A model generated the notes under the pieces. That model made no database searches, was not told the DNA's origin, and saw only the letters and a program-made list of their open reading frames with translations. A program made the position numbers and the translations under genes. Shown here piece after piece: positions 30,631 to 42,193 of a stretch of 64,000 nt of DNA. Location: contig JAEWMT010000101.1 in NCBI GenBank assembly GCA_023393095.1, forward strand, positions 6,583-70,582, written 5' to 3'. This stretch comes from Bacillota bacterium (GTDB lineage Bacteria > Bacillota > Clostridia > Lachnospirales > Lachnospiraceae). Position 1 is the stretch's first letter, and the number at the start of each line of letters is the position of its first letter.

Positions 30631-33600
30631 TTACCATTGATATCTTGCAGAAACTATAGGCGTCCAACCACTGTAAACTTTTGTTCTTCCAACCATTTTG
30701 TATGCTCTTACTTTATAATAATATGTTTTTCTTTTTGACAAACGGGTATTTGTATAGCTGGAAGCGGTCGTTCTTTTTATTACTCCATAACCGATTCTGT
30801 ATACTTCATAACCGGATGCTCCGCTAACTCTATTCCAGGTAAGCTTAATGTTCCTTGAACCCAGTCTGGTAGCCATAAGGTTGGTCGGTGTTGATAATGC
30901 CGGCCTTGCATAAACAGGTGTCGTATAATTACTATATATTTTTGTTGAACCTACTGTTGCATATGCTCTTACCTTATAATAATATGTTTTTCCGGTTGTT
31001 AATCCTGCATCCGTATATACTGTAGATTTTGTTTCACCTACTGTGACATAGGTTCTACGACTTGAATTATATCTGTATACTTCATATCCGTTTGCACCAC
31101 TTACATAATTCCAGCTTATTTGTATACTGTTGTAGCCGTTTGATACAGCATTTACATATGCAGGTACAGTGAGAACAAAATTGGACCATTTGGCATACAG
31201 AGTTGTATTTGAAGTGACTTTATCCGTTGCAAAATTCCATGCATATTGGCACGCTGCATCTTTATACCAACCGCCAAAGGTATATCCGCTCTTGGTTGGT
31301 GCATTTGGTGCTGATATTGTATTATTATAGTAAATATTCTGGCTTGCTACCGCACTTCCGCCCTGACTATTAAATGTTACGGTACATATGTTATAAACCC
31401 ATTTAGCATACAGTGTTGTATTTGCCATAATCGTATATGTAGCAAAGTTCCAAGGATATTGGCATGCTGCGTCTACGTACCAACCAGCAAAAATATATCC
31501 ACTCTTGGTTGGTGCATATGGTGGTGTTACTTTATTGTTATAGTAAACAACCTGGCTTGCTACTGCACTTCCGCCCTGGCTGTTAAAAGTTACAACATAT
31601 TGGTTATTGATCATGACCCACTTAGCATATAGTGTTGTATTTGTCGTAACCTTATCGGTTGCAAAATTCCATGCAGTTTTACATGCTGCATCTTTATACC
31701 AGCCTCCAAAGTAATAATAGGACATGGTTGGTGCTTTTGGTGCTGTGATTGTACTGCCAACATTTACAGTCTGACTGGGTACCGCGCTTCCACCCATGCT
31801 ATTGAAAGTTACTGTATATTGAGCTGGAGCAGAAGGAGTATTGGTAAACTGTAGATTATCCATATACATCGTTCCTGAAAAATCACAATTTCCATCAGCA
31901 ACAACTACGGTAATATCACGTAATAGTGTATTTGCTGCAAATACCTTTCCATCGCTTAGTTTATCCAAATCGAAATAAGCTTTAAAACGATATAATCCAT
32001 CGGCTGTCTTTGACATAGAACTTAACTTTGTTAAATCAATATTATAGGAATCCTTAACCTGTGCCCAATAGCCAAGCGCCGGCGGAGCAAATGCCAAGTT
32101 TATATTAATTGTTCCCTTCGTGGCAGTCTTAGGCTTAAGATAAAAATCAAAGCTAACATACTTTTTATCTCCACGGGTTGTATTGATACCGCCAAGAATG
32201 AGACGCGGTGAAACTGCCCATGGATCGGTAGGGGTTATATCCGGATACCTTACATCCCAAGAGAGAGCTTTGGAACCGTTCGCCGGTTGAATTGTTAAAT
32301 CACCTTTCACACCGGAAGCTGCATCCCAATCCCATCCCTGTCTGGTTGAATCATCAAAGGTGGACGGCAGTGCAGCTGTACCTATAGGATCTTTCTTTAC
32401 CGGTGTACCAGTATCAACACGGCTTCCCGAAATAGATATATTATCCAAAGAAATACTATCTATGTCTGAACCGACAAATAAAATAATATTTGTCATAATA
32501 TGGTCATCGGGATCTTCTGCAATTGCTTGTAAATTAGGGGTGTTATCCGCTGTCATTGTCAATGTAGCTTTATAGGTTCCATTATTCTGATTGATAAAAT
32601 CAGCCGGTGTTACTTGTACAGCACTCTTTGGATTTGCCCATCCATGATTACTACTTTGAGGAATCGCTGCAATTGAGACGGTTGCGGGTTCAGCAGTAAT
32701 AACATCCATGGATAACTTTGTTGCTCCTTTGATATCAGGCTTCTGGCTCGTTCCATCCGCAGAAAGCCTGACATTCGACCAATAATTTCCCGCTGAGAGA
32801 TCATTACTTGCGGCAAGCCCTGTTAGTTTTAATGCATTATTTTTGTTCGTAATGCCTATATTTTTAACCGGGCTATCCTTATTAATACCAAAACCTTGTG
32901 TTGTTTCATCATTAAAATCCCATATATTTGTTGTATATGTATTACGATCAATTGGTTGATAAGCAATTCCTTCGATACGTGCACGTGCATATTCACCAGA
33001 AGTACTCAATTCCTTTATCGACCACGCATGATCAGCACCAGGATCAAGATCCGTTGCATCTGTCTTACCACTTTCATATGCAGTAAAAGCTGCAGATGTC
33101 TCACCCTTGTTACTCAATGACCAGTTACACCAACTGATATTGTTCTCATTCAAGAAATTCAACCAAATATCAGCATTGTCAAAGAATGGCCCACCGGTTC
33201 CGTCAGCGTTACTGGTTCCCCACTCCGTTGCAAATACAGCTAGACCATGTTCTATTGCATATCTTACGTTGCTCATTACATTATCTCTGTCTGTATCATC
33301 AGTGGAAGGCTTATGAGTACCAGTGTAAAAATGCACTGAATAAGCGGTATTATTATTCGGATCAATAACCTGGTTAGCAACTGCTAAATCAGACCGTTGA
33401 CTCCAGTTTGGACTACCGACAATAATCAAATTTTTATTTCCCTGATCGCGAAGCATTTTGATAATAGGCTCCGCATAGGATTTTACTTTAGCCCAACCAG
33501 CTGCATCGTTCGTCACTCCTGGTGCATTGCTGTTAGGTTCATTTGCTAATTCATATATAATATGCGGATCATTCGGGTATTTATTAGAAATTATTCTAAA

Positions 33601-34119
33601 GAAATTGCTGGCTCCGGAATAAATAGCGGCATTCGGATCCCCAGGCGTAAGCACATGCCAGTCAACGATTACATACATATCATTAGCAATCGCCAAATCA
33701 ATTCCATCTTCCACATTTTTAAGCATAGTGATTGGGTTAGTAGCATAACCGTTTTCACCAACATACATTGCCAGACGAATTACATTGCTTTCCCAATCGT
33801 TAGAAAGAGCTTTAAAAGCATTATCATTCAGTATCCCTGGATACCACTGTAATCCGTGAGTGCTCATTCCTCTTAACTGAATCGTTTTTCCACTTTTATC
33901 ACACAATGTCATCTTGCCATTTTTATTAAGAAGCTGTAACGCTCCGGCAGTTGATGGCTTCTTCACGTTATCATTACCAAGTAGATTAGGATATGTAGTT
34001 TCTCTTGTGGTTGCAGTTGTAGCCATACGAGCAGCATAAACGCTGGTAGGTACCAATGATATTAACATCGTAATAATTGTTACAATAGAAATAATACTTT
34101 TTCTAATGTTTCTAAACAT
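30631..34119 (-). CDS. Secreted GH5 endoglucanase with CBM17/CBM28-like modules, 3 InlB B-repeats and 2 FN3 domains
   Basis: Signal peptide; [19 protein letters not shown] (acid/base), ATEWG (nucleophile); repeats VTFNSxGGSAV...[13 protein letters not shown] twice. Confidence 0.92.
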   Translation of the reverse strand: MFRNIRKSIISIVTIITMLISLVPTSVYAARMATTATTRETTYPNLLGNDNVKKPSTAGALQLLNKNGKMTLCDKSGKTIQLRGMSTHGLQWYPGILNDNAFKALSNDWESNVIRLAMYVGENGYATNPITMLKNVEDGIDLAIANDMYVIVDWHVLTPGDPNAAIYSGASNFFRIISNKYPNDPHIIYELANEPNSNAPGVTNDAAGWAKVKSYAEPIIKMLRDQGNKNLIIVGSPNWSQRSDLAVANQVIDPNNNTAYSVHFYTGTHKPSTDDTDRDNVMSNVRYAIEHGLAVFATEWGTSNADGTGGPFFDNADIWLNFLNENNISWCNWSLSNKGETSAAFTAYESGKTDATDLDPGADHAWSIKELSTSGEYARARIEGIAYQPIDRNTYTTNIWDFNDETTQGFGINKDSPVKNIGITNKNNALKLTGLAASNDLSAGNYWSNVRLSADGTSQKPDIKGATKLSMDVITAEPATVSIAAIPQSSNHGWANPKSAVQVTPADFINQNNGTYKATLTMTADNTPNLQAIAEDPDDHIMTNIILFVGSDIDSISLDNISISGSRVDTGTPVKKDPIGTAALPSTFDDSTRQGWDWDAASGVKGDLTIQPANGSKALSWDVRYPDITPTDPWAVSPRLILGGINTTRGDKKYVSFDFYLKPKTATKGTININLAFAPPALGYWAQVKDSYNIDLTKLSSMSKTADGLYRFKAYFDLDKLSDGKVFAANTLLRDITVVVADGNCDFSGTMYMDNLQFTNTPSAPAQYTVTFNSMGGSAVPSQTVNVGSTITAPKAPTMSYYYFGGWYKDAACKTAWNFATDKVTTNTTLYAKWVMINNQYVVTFNSQGGSAVASQVVYYNNKVTPPYAPTKSGYIFAGWYVDAACQYPWNFATYTIMANTTLYAKWVYNICTVTFNSQGGSAVASQNIYYNNTISAPNAPTKSGYTFGGWYKDAACQYAWNFATDKVTSNTTLYAKWSNFVLTVPAYVNAVSNGYNSIQISWNYVSGANGYEVYRYNSSRRTYVTVGETKSTVYTDAGLTTGKTYYYKVRAYATVGSTKIYSNYTTPVYARPALSTPTNLMATRLGSRNIKLTWNRVSGASGYEVYRIGYGVIKRTTASSYTNTRLSKRKTYYYKVRAYKMVGRTKVYSGWTPIVSARYQW

Positions 34120-34146
34120 ATTTATCCCCCATAATTTAAATTTTGA

Positions 34147-34286
34147 TAGGTAATTACGAAACTCCTAAATTGTAGATATTGTATGCACAGCAAAGACTAT
34201 TAGGTGCGTAAGTAAAGTGTCAGCACTTGGCCCGAAGGAAGCTTGGAATTAAGTACTGAGCATTCCATTAAAGGAACAATAACCTA
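34147..34286. mobile_element. MITE-like element, family B copy 1 (right arm altered)
   Basis: TA-GGTAATTACGAAACT...CAATAACC-TA; left two-thirds match 55822..55979. Confidence 0.75.
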
Positions 34287-34772
34287 ATTCTGCCTGTCTT
34301 ACTTCAGGTTTTGAAATATTCTCATCCTCCTTCCATTAGTAAAATAACTGCTTACTTAAAATTTATCCGTTAAGTTCTTCCTATCTTTATCTAAGCTTGT
34401 TCATTTGTTAAAAGTCTTACTATAAGTAATATATGTCGGCCCTTGTTGGTTTAGTTTTAGCAACTGTATCCAATCAGCAAAAATTACTATTTACTTATCC
34501 TGTTATTAAGGAAACTGCAAGTAAAGTCTATGGGCATATTTGATCTTTCACATACAACCTTTCAGTGAGGCACACTTCCTGTACGGAACACCTTCTATGT
34601 TTATAGGGCGCAATTTTTACATATGAAATAAAATAGGTTCGATATATAGCGTAACCTGCTATATATCGAACTCTTAAATTTATAATTATCCGAAAAATAA
34701 ATAACTAAAATTATCTCTAGTTATAACGGTATCCGATTTATTTCTATAGGATAATTTACTTTTTTACCTATT

Positions 34773-34817
34773 ATAATGCTTCTGATCATAATGCCTCTGA
34801 TCATAATGCTTCTGATC
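34773..34817. repeat. 15-bp tandem repeat, 3 units
   Basis: ATAATGC(T/C)TCTGATC three times, downstream of ssb. Confidence 0.9.
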
Positions 34818-34841
34818 CCAATACATCCTATGATATCCTTT

Positions 34842-35474
34842 TTAATACTCCTCCAGATACTCTAGCTTGCTGACTGATACCTCATAAGCAACACGCTTTT
34901 CGAATTCCTCGTCATTCATCTTCTTCTGATATTCTCGGCTCTGGATTCGGCCCCATATCTGGACATGACCGCCTACTGCGAAGGATTCTGCAAATCTGGC
35001 ATTTCTTCCCCAGCAGATGCATGGAATATAATCCGATTTGCCATAGGGTCGATTCACTGCGAGCAGAACATCAGCAATCTCCCGTCCAAGTGGTGTTTTA
35101 CGATAAATCGGCGGTTTACATACAAATCCGTCCAAGAAGATATGATTCGGTTTCGCGTTCTCAGACAATTCATCAACCATTTTAACTTCACGAGCAAAGA
35201 CGGATAACACTAATTTGTTCTTACTTTCTTCGTGACGGTTATAGGACCGAAATTGTCCAAGCACCTCCACAAATTTACCCTTATAATCCTGTTTTACATC
35301 AATGAGTCGTTCCGAAACCATAACCGGTATCATATCATAGGAATTACTTAACCGGCTTACTACAACCTCCAGAACATAGAAACCTTCTCCAAATACATCA
35401 TGGCTGAACGTAAAGTCACTGATTACCTCTCCTGCAATACTTACTTGATTGTTATCAAATACTTTATCTGTCAT
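34842..35474 (-). CDS. ssb: Single-stranded DNA-binding protein with two OB folds
   Basis: NNQVSIAGEV...GQFRSYN, then RKTPLGREIAD...SDYIPCICWGRNA...GRIQSREY. Confidence 0.85.
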   Translation of the reverse strand: MTDKVFDNNQVSIAGEVISDFTFSHDVFGEGFYVLEVVVSRLSNSYDMIPVMVSERLIDVKQDYKGKFVEVLGQFRSYNRHEESKNKLVLSVFAREVKMVDELSENAKPNHIFLDGFVCKPPIYRKTPLGREIADVLLAVNRPYGKSDYIPCICWGRNARFAESFAVGGHVQIWGRIQSREYQKKMNDEEFEKRVAYEVSVSKLEYLEEY

Positions 35475-35806
35475 ATCGTACCTCTCCCTTCTCTCCTGGC
35501 GTTCATTTTTACGCCAATCTGCTCTAAAATGTGGGGTAAATTTATCTGTTCAGTCAAAAACAGCTTGATTCACCTATGATTAATATATATGCTTATTTCC
35601 ATATTTTAGAAGTATAAAATGAAATATAATTATACTAATTCCCAATTTTTGTGATTTTATACAAAATTACATTAAAAATATTATAAATATTTCCGAAACA
35701 TCCGTTGATTTTTCATATTTTGGTGTGCTACAATGTTAAGGTTGTTGAGAATAAATAGTAATTGGTGAAAAGACATAGAAAGTCTTTAGAAAGAAGGTAA
35801 TTTGTA

Positions 35807-37639
35807 ATGAAACGAGAGGATATTCGAAATATAGCCATTATTGCTCATGTCGATCATGGTAAGACTACTCTGGTGGACGAACTATTAAAGCAAAGCGGTG
35901 TATTTCGATCCAACCAAGCAGTTGTAGAAAGAGTCATGGATTCCAATGCAATTGAACGAGAGCGCGGTATCACGATTTTATCAAAGAATACTGCTGTTTT
36001 GTATAACGGAACCAAGATTAATATCATAGATACTCCCGGCCATGCAGATTTCGGCGGCGAGGTGGAACGTGTTTTAAAAATGGTTAATGGCGTTGTTCTG
36101 GTAGTTGATGCATTTGAAGGTGCCATGCCGCAGACCAAATTTGTATTAAAAAAGGCTCTGGAGTTATCCCTGCCGGTTATTGTATGTGTTAATAAAATTG
36201 ACCGTCCGGAGGCTAGACCTGATGAAGTTGTTGATGAGGTTCTTGAATTATTTCTTGAGCTTGATGCAAATGATGAACAGCTTGACTGTCCTTTTGTATT
36301 TGCCTCTGCAAAACAGGGTATTGCAGCTCTTTCTATAGAGGAAGACGCTGTCGATATGACCCCTCTGTTCGAAACTATTATTAATTATATACCGGCACCC
36401 GAAGGTGATCCCGATAAGAGCACTCAGGTATTAATCAGTACCATTGATTATAATGAATATGTCGGACGTATCGGTATCGGTAAGGTGGATAACGGTACAA
36501 TTAAAGTTAATCAGGATGCCGTAATGGTTAATGCCCACGAGCCAGATAAATGTACCCGAGTTAAAATCAGTAAGCTCTATGAATTTGATGGTCTGAAAAG
36601 AGTTGAAATTAATGAGGCAACCATCGGTTCCATCGTAGCAATTTCAGGTATTGCCGACATCCATATCGGTGACACCATCTGTTCTCCAGAGCATCCTGAA
36701 CCGATTCCGTTTCAGAAAATATCGGAGCCTACGATTGCAATGTATTTTAATGTCAATGACAGCCCACTTGCAGGTAAGGAAGGTAAGTTTGTAACCTCCC
36801 GTCATTTAAGAGAACGTTTGATGAAGGAATTGAATACCGATGTAAGTCTGCGAGTAGAAGAAACGGATACAACAGAAAGCTTTAAGGTATCCGGTAGAGG
36901 AGAGCTTCATCTTTCCGTATTAATTGAAAACATGCGCCGTGAAGGATATGAATTCTCAGTCAGCAAAGCAGAGGTATTATATAAAACCGATGAAAACGGT
37001 AAGAAATTAGAGCCTATGGAACATGCCATGATTGATGTACCGGATGAATTTGCCGGTACGGTAATTGATAAAATGGGGCAGCGCAAGGGTGAGATGATTA
37101 ATATGCATACTTCTGGCAATGGCCATACCCGTGTTGAATTTTCCATTCCTGCCCGTGGTCTTATCGGATATCGCGGTGAATTCTTAACTGATACGAAAGG
37201 AACCGGTATCATTAATACACTGTTTGATGGTTATGGACCTTACAAGGGTGATATCCAGTATCGTAAAACAGGAAGTCTAATTGCATATGAGTCCGGTGAA
37301 AGTATTACTTACGGTCTTTATAATGCTCAGGAAAGAGGTATTCTCTTCATAGGTGCCGGCACGAAGGTATACTCCGGAATGATCGTTGGTCAAAATCCGA
37401 AAGCAGAGGATATTGAAGTTAATGTATGTAAACGTAAGCAGCTTACCAATACCCGCTCCTCCAGTGCGGATGATTCATTAAGGCTTACTCCTCCTAAGGT
37501 TTTAAGTCTGGAGCAAGCGCTGGAATTCATTGAAACCGATGAACTTTTAGAGGTAACACCCTCCAATCTTCGTATAAGAAAGAAAATTCTTGATCCTACT
37601 CTGCGAATGAGGGATAGAAGAAATAAACAAAGTAACTAA
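35807..37639 (+). CDS. typA: Translational GTPase TypA/BipA
   Basis: IAIIAHVDHGKTTL, DTPGHADFGGEVER, NKID, GRGELHL. Confidence 0.98.
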   Translation: MKREDIRNIAIIAHVDHGKTTLVDELLKQSGVFRSNQAVVERVMDSNAIERERGITILSKNTAVLYNGTKINIIDTPGHADFGGEVERVLKMVNGVVLVVDAFEGAMPQTKFVLKKALELSLPVIVCVNKIDRPEARPDEVVDEVLELFLELDANDEQLDCPFVFASAKQGIAALSIEEDAVDMTPLFETIINYIPAPEGDPDKSTQVLISTIDYNEYVGRIGIGKVDNGTIKVNQDAVMVNAHEPDKCTRVKISKLYEFDGLKRVEINEATIGSIVAISGIADIHIGDTICSPEHPEPIPFQKISEPTIAMYFNVNDSPLAGKEGKFVTSRHLRERLMKELNTDVSLRVEETDTTESFKVSGRGELHLSVLIENMRREGYEFSVSKAEVLYKTDENGKKLEPMEHAMIDVPDEFAGTVIDKMGQRKGEMINMHTSGNGHTRVEFSIPARGLIGYRGEFLTDTKGTGIINTLFDGYGPYKGDIQYRKTGSLIAYESGESITYGLYNAQERGILFIGAGTKVYSGMIVGQNPKAEDIEVNVCKRKQLTNTRSSSADDSLRLTPPKVLSLEQALEFIETDELLEVTPSNLRIRKKILDPTLRMRDRRNKQSN

Positions 37640-37665
37640 ATTTCGTTAAATTTATTTGATTTATA

Positions 37666-37709
37666 GAACTTATCTGGATTTCCATCAGTGAAATTCAGGT
37701 AAGTTTTTT
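37666..37709 (+). terminator. Intrinsic terminator of typA
   Basis: AACTTATCTGGATTTC...GAAATTCAGGTAAGTT followed by TTTT. Confidence 0.7.
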
Positions 37710-37883
37710 GTTTTCGTTTACATGATTACAATGCGCCTGCATTAATTCGGATGATTTTTAAACTAACCAAATTATTGCAGGCGCATTTATATTGTTGTCA
37801 TATTAATATGTCATAATAAGTCTAACTTTTGGGTATAAATTTGCAAAACAGCTACTGTTGCTATTCCTCATAAGACAAACGAA

Positions 37884-38675
37884 TTATTTATAAAATTCTT
37901 TCATCTCTGCAAGCTTCTGATCCGGATATTTATGAATTGATTTTACATCGTCAATTCCGTATTGGCTCAGTATTTCTTTAAAGTATAGTTTAATTCCTTC
38001 TTTAGAAATAATTTTATTATTAAACTTATCTCTCGAAATCTTTATCAACGATTTTTCATAGTTCGATAATGCTTTCAATGCATTAGGGCCATACCATAGG
38101 AAGCTATCCACAACGGTATCAATCAATTCAATCTCTTCTAATTCAAGGAATTCCTCTACCCCTTCCAGGGTATGTATGCCACACTTTTGCATTGCATGGA
38201 ATAGTTTTAAGTAAGGTTTATGTTCACTATTTACCCCGCACTCCTCTTCGAATATGTCTTTCTCATATAAAGCTAATGAAAAGGCCTGTGCATAATAAAG
38301 TAAATACTGGACATATCCAGCGCAAATATCTGCATTACATTTATTAACGATATAGTATGCTACAGTATAAATTTTAGTAGACATAATCTTAGATAACGCT
38401 GCTCTTTTACTCTTTTTGAATGCTACTCTGGTTAAATTCTCCTTTTTTTTGCACAACAAATCATAATAATAATCTGGATCATCCAGAATTTTTCTTAATC
38501 TGCTGGAATATTCACTGGTTGGCACATCACCATCCATATAACGGATAATGGTTGTTTCCCCCCAACCAAGTAACTTTGCCAGCGGTTTCTTACCTATCCG
38601 ATATTGATCTAAAATCAACTTAATCTCATCGGTGGTAATAATCACTTCGTTTTCTAATTCAATTGTAGTGCTCAT
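37884..38675 (-). CDS. MqsA-like HTH fused to a degenerate Panacea (DUF4065/SocA-like) domain
   Basis: IGKKPLAKLLGWGETTIIRYMDGDVP (HTH) followed by VQYLLYYAQAFSLALY (compare LQKLLYYAQ). Confidence 0.7.
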   Translation of the reverse strand: MSTTIELENEVIITTDEIKLILDQYRIGKKPLAKLLGWGETTIIRYMDGDVPTSEYSSRLRKILDDPDYYYDLLCKKKENLTRVAFKKSKRAALSKIMSTKIYTVAYYIVNKCNADICAGYVQYLLYYAQAFSLALYEKDIFEEECGVNSEHKPYLKLFHAMQKCGIHTLEGVEEFLELEEIELIDTVVDSFLWYGPNALKALSNYEKSLIKISRDKFNNKIISKEGIKLYFKEILSQYGIDDVKSIHKYPDQKLAEMKEFYK

Positions 38676-38783
38676 ACTTATACTCCTCAGTTAATAATGG
38701 TATCTTCTGTTTAATATATCAGAATCATTTTACCATTGTTTTCCTCATTTGTATAGGTAACTTTTTATTTATTTAAAAATTTT

Positions 38784-39911
38784 TTAAAATTTTCTAAATT
38801 CATTGATGTCATTTGCTATCACTTTAAAGCCTCTGATCATACGATCAAACATACCTACCCGGTATAGATTTACTAAAACCATGCCAATTGGAATTCCAAG
38901 AATCATGCCTGTAATGCCATATAATTTATAGCCGACAAACAATAGAATCAAAGTTGCCAGCGGATGAAGTCCGATACTGTCCCCCACCATTTTAGGCTGT
39001 AATATCTGCTTTACAATCTGGCAGATCACGTAAATAACCATCAGCCCAACTGCTCTTATATAATTACCTGAAATCACTTCGATTGCTGCCCAAGGCCATA
39101 ATATCGCTCCTGTTCCAAAAACCGGGAGGAAATCCAGAAAAGCTATTCCAAGGGCAAACAAGAAAGAATAGCCCACCTGTAGAATTTCAAAGCCCGCGAA
39201 CATGATTACCGTCAGAATCAACATGATTTTAAATTGCGCTTTAAAATATCCACCAAAGGCTGATTTAAAATTATCGTAAATCAGTCTCCAGTAAATAAGG
39301 AAGGAAGCCGGCAGATGTTTTTTCAATCCTGCTGATAATTCCTCTCTATTAGATGTAAAAAAGTAAGCTGATAGAATTGTTATGATGGTATAGAGAAATA
39401 TTTCTGCAACATTCTTAGCCATAAGGCTGACACTGTCAAAGGATAGAGAATTTTTACGATTCGCCATATTGTTAATATCATTGTTAATACCTACGATAAA
39501 ACCATCAATCGTATTACGAATTCCTTTTGGTAGTGTTTCAGATCTTTTTTGAAGATAGACGGAAAAATCATTTAACTTTTTCCCTAATTCATCCACTATT
39601 ATTGGTAGATTTTCCATTAATTCCTTGGCTTCTTTAAATAAAATCGCTCCTAAGAGAGCCATAATTCCGACGATTGCTAAAATGACGGTTACTATAATGA
39701 TTGCGGAACTATGTTTTCGTCTAAGCTTTAGCTTTTTCCCCAGAAAATTAACAAGAGGATTTGCAATCATAGAGATAATCCAGCCGATAATAATCGGCAT
39801 AAAAAAACTAATCAAACGTGGCAGCAAAAATAACAGAAATAAGGCTACAACGATAAGAATAATAAAATTAATCATTATTTTCACATAGGTCTGTATTCTT
39901 GAATTCTTCAT
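38784..39911 (-). CDS. ytvI: Sporulation integral membrane protein YtvI (AI-2E family)
   Basis: GGYFKAQ, DFLPVFGTGAILWPW, LQPKMVGDSIGLHPL. Confidence 0.9.
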   Translation of the reverse strand: MKNSRIQTYVKIMINFIILIVVALFLLFLLPRLISFFMPIIIGWIISMIANPLVNFLGKKLKLRRKHSSAIIIVTVILAIVGIMALLGAILFKEAKELMENLPIIVDELGKKLNDFSVYLQKRSETLPKGIRNTIDGFIVGINNDINNMANRKNSLSFDSVSLMAKNVAEIFLYTIITILSAYFFTSNREELSAGLKKHLPASFLIYWRLIYDNFKSAFGGYFKAQFKIMLILTVIMFAGFEILQVGYSFLFALGIAFLDFLPVFGTGAILWPWAAIEVISGNYIRAVGLMVIYVICQIVKQILQPKMVGDSIGLHPLATLILLFVGYKLYGITGMILGIPIGMVLVNLYRVGMFDRMIRGFKVIANDINEFRKF

Positions 39912-40338
39912 AATTCCCTCCGTAACTTTATTGATAGACAAGGAAACGATTTAAATTTCAACCCACCTTGATAAGTTTTACAATAAACTTAGTATATTAT
40001 AACTTTATTGCACATTGTACCTAGTAATACTTAAGCTTTCTTATTTTTTATTATCTCATATACTTCAGGAAAAACAAAACATTAATTTTATATCTTTGTT
40101 ATCTTTGTCATAGTTAAATTTAATATCTTTACTAAAATATTATTAATACAGTTTGATTTCATATTCTACAGATATAATACATCCTTATGTTTAAACAGTA
40201 GTAAGTGATTCACAGAAATTATGCAGTATACATCGATTCGCATATATTTGTCTCGTATTTACTATGATTTTAGCATAGCATTATCATAAAATACACCTCG
40301 TATCATCCTTACCTGAACTATAGTATAATGTTATCCAA

Positions 40339-41181
40339 TTATTTTCTACTCAGTGGCTTAAAAAATAGTGTAGTAAAGAAAATGACAGAAGAGATGATAA
40401 CGATAGTCGGACCTACTGCCGTGCCCGCATAATATGAAAATATTAATCCCATAATTCCGGAAAACATTGATATCATTATTGAAAACAAATGATACTCTCT
40501 TACATTTGCCGACATATTTCTGCTTGCAGCTGCCGGTAATATTAATAAAGCATTGATAATCAGAATCCCCACCCATTTCACTGAGGACATGACAATAATT
40601 GCAATAAGCACGCTGAAGATATCTTCCATCGCCTTGATATTAATTTTTTTACTTCTTGCAAGTGACTCATTCACACTGATGGCAAGAAGTTTGTTAAAGC
40701 CTAAGAACCAGAACAGAATGGTTATTACAAATATGATTAATAACATGCTGATTTCGGATACTTCAATACTTAAGATATCTCCTACCAATAGAGCCGAATA
40801 TTTTGAAAAGCTGCCGCTTCTTGATAGTATGACTAAACCGATTGCCATACTTAATGAAGCGAATACTGAAATCACCGTATCCGTAGATACCGTTTTTCTA
40901 CGATTGATTCGATTCAAAAAGAGGGCGAAACATATGGCAAATATCAACATGGAAATATTGATATTGACAATGCCAAGTAATGTCCCGAAAGCGACTCCGG
41001 TTAATGCCGAATGTCCTAAGGCATCTGAAAAAAATGCCATACGATTATTCACTATCATAGTTCCCAGTATTCCAAACAACGGAGTAATGATTAATACAGC
41101 AACCAGAGCGTTTTTCATAAAATCAAATTTCACCCAGGAAAAAGGCAGTACTGTTTCTATGATCTTATATAATACATCCAT
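40339..41181 (-). CDS. znuB: Metal (Zn/Mn) ABC transporter permease
   Basis: MAFFSDALGHSALTG, LVGDILS, VGILIINALLILPAAA. Confidence 0.85.
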   Translation of the reverse strand: MDVLYKIIETVLPFSWVKFDFMKNALVAVLIITPLFGILGTMIVNNRMAFFSDALGHSALTGVAFGTLLGIVNINISMLIFAICFALFLNRINRRKTVSTDTVISVFASLSMAIGLVILSRSGSFSKYSALLVGDILSIEVSEISMLLIIFVITILFWFLGFNKLLAISVNESLARSKKINIKAMEDIFSVLIAIIVMSSVKWVGILIINALLILPAAASRNMSANVREYHLFSIMISMFSGIMGLIFSYYAGTAVGPTIVIISSVIFFTTLFFKPLSRK

Positions 41182-41214
41182 CGTTATCCTCCATCCTCTC
41201 AATCAAATATCTTA

Positions 41215-41369
41215 TTAGGTAATTGCGAAACTATATAGTTTTTGTAATTGTATACACAGCAGATACATATTTCTCCGCTCCAACGCTTCCTTCGGGCTTA
41301 ACTTCCGCTCCGAAATAGTATTTGCTGTGTATACAATATCTGTAATTTATGAGTTTCGCAATTACCTAA
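41215..41369. mobile_element. MITE-like element, family B copy 2 (inverted relative to the others)
   Basis: Perfect 18-bp terminal IR TTAGGTAATTGCGAAACT/AGTTTCGCAATTACCTAA; reverse complement matches 55822..55979. Confidence 0.9.
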
Positions 41370-42133
41370 AATACCTTATGGAATTCTTCACTATTCAAAA
41401 CCTCGGATGGAGTTCCTTCTTTCACAATAACTTGATCTAATAGAACAACATGATCCGCATATTTTCTTACAAATTCAAAATCATGGGATACAATAATCAT
41501 CGCCAGATCATAATGACTCTTGAGCTTTGCAATATTTTCATAAAATAGCTGCAGTCCTTTATGATCAATACCTGAAACAGGCTCATCCAATAACAGTAAA
41601 TTCGGAATGGGAGTTATAGCAATTGATAAGAGAACCCGTTGAAGCTCCCCACCGGACAAGTCGCAGACCCGTTTGTCAATTAGCTCCTGAGCTTCAAAAA
41701 TAGACAACTGTTCTTTCACTTTCTTGTAAACCTTGGTATTCTTACTTAAGAATACAGGCCAATTACTGATATATCCTGAAAATAAATCATATACACTGAT
41801 CGGTGAATTCTTATCCACATTAAAATGCTGGGGCACATATCCGAGCCTCAGTCTTTGTAACGAATTGCTCTTTAAATCTATGAATTCAATATTTCCTTCA
41901 TGCTTACACTCACCAAGGATTGCTTTGATCAGTGTTGATTTACCTGCACCGTTCCTTCCGATTAGTACGGTAATTTTACCACAATGGATATGCAGATTAA
42001 TATGATCAATTATGGTTTGGTTCCCATCTTTGACACTAATCCCTTTTATTTGAATACAGTGGAGACCGCAGGCTGCTTCATTACGCTTTGCTGATACAAT
42101 TCTTTTATGAGATAAACTTGTCCCTATTTTCAT
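41366..42133 (-). CDS. znuC: Metal ABC transporter ATP-binding protein
   Basis: GRNGAGKST, GYVPQ, LSGGELQRV, LLLDEP, VSHD. Confidence 0.88.
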   Translation of the reverse strand: MKIGTSLSHKRIVSAKRNEAACGLHCIQIKGISVKDGNQTIIDHINLHIHCGKITVLIGRNGAGKSTLIKAILGECKHEGNIEFIDLKSNSLQRLRLGYVPQHFNVDKNSPISVYDLFSGYISNWPVFLSKNTKVYKKVKEQLSIFEAQELIDKRVCDLSGGELQRVLLSIAITPIPNLLLLDEPVSGIDHKGLQLFYENIAKLKSHYDLAMIIVSHDFEFVRKYADHVVLLDQVIVKEGTPSEVLNSEEFHKVF

Positions 42134-42193
42134 AATTATCTCCCATCTGCCATCGAATTTGGATATCACAACAACCTTTCCATATATATAACT

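Noticed and set aside
34300..34620. Cyclic-dinucleotide riboswitch upstream of the cellulase
   Set aside because: No c-di-GMP-I/II or c-di-AMP consensus found by eye
34773..34817. CRISPR or iteron array
   Set aside because: Three adjacent 15-mers with no spacers and no rep gene; a simple tandem repeat
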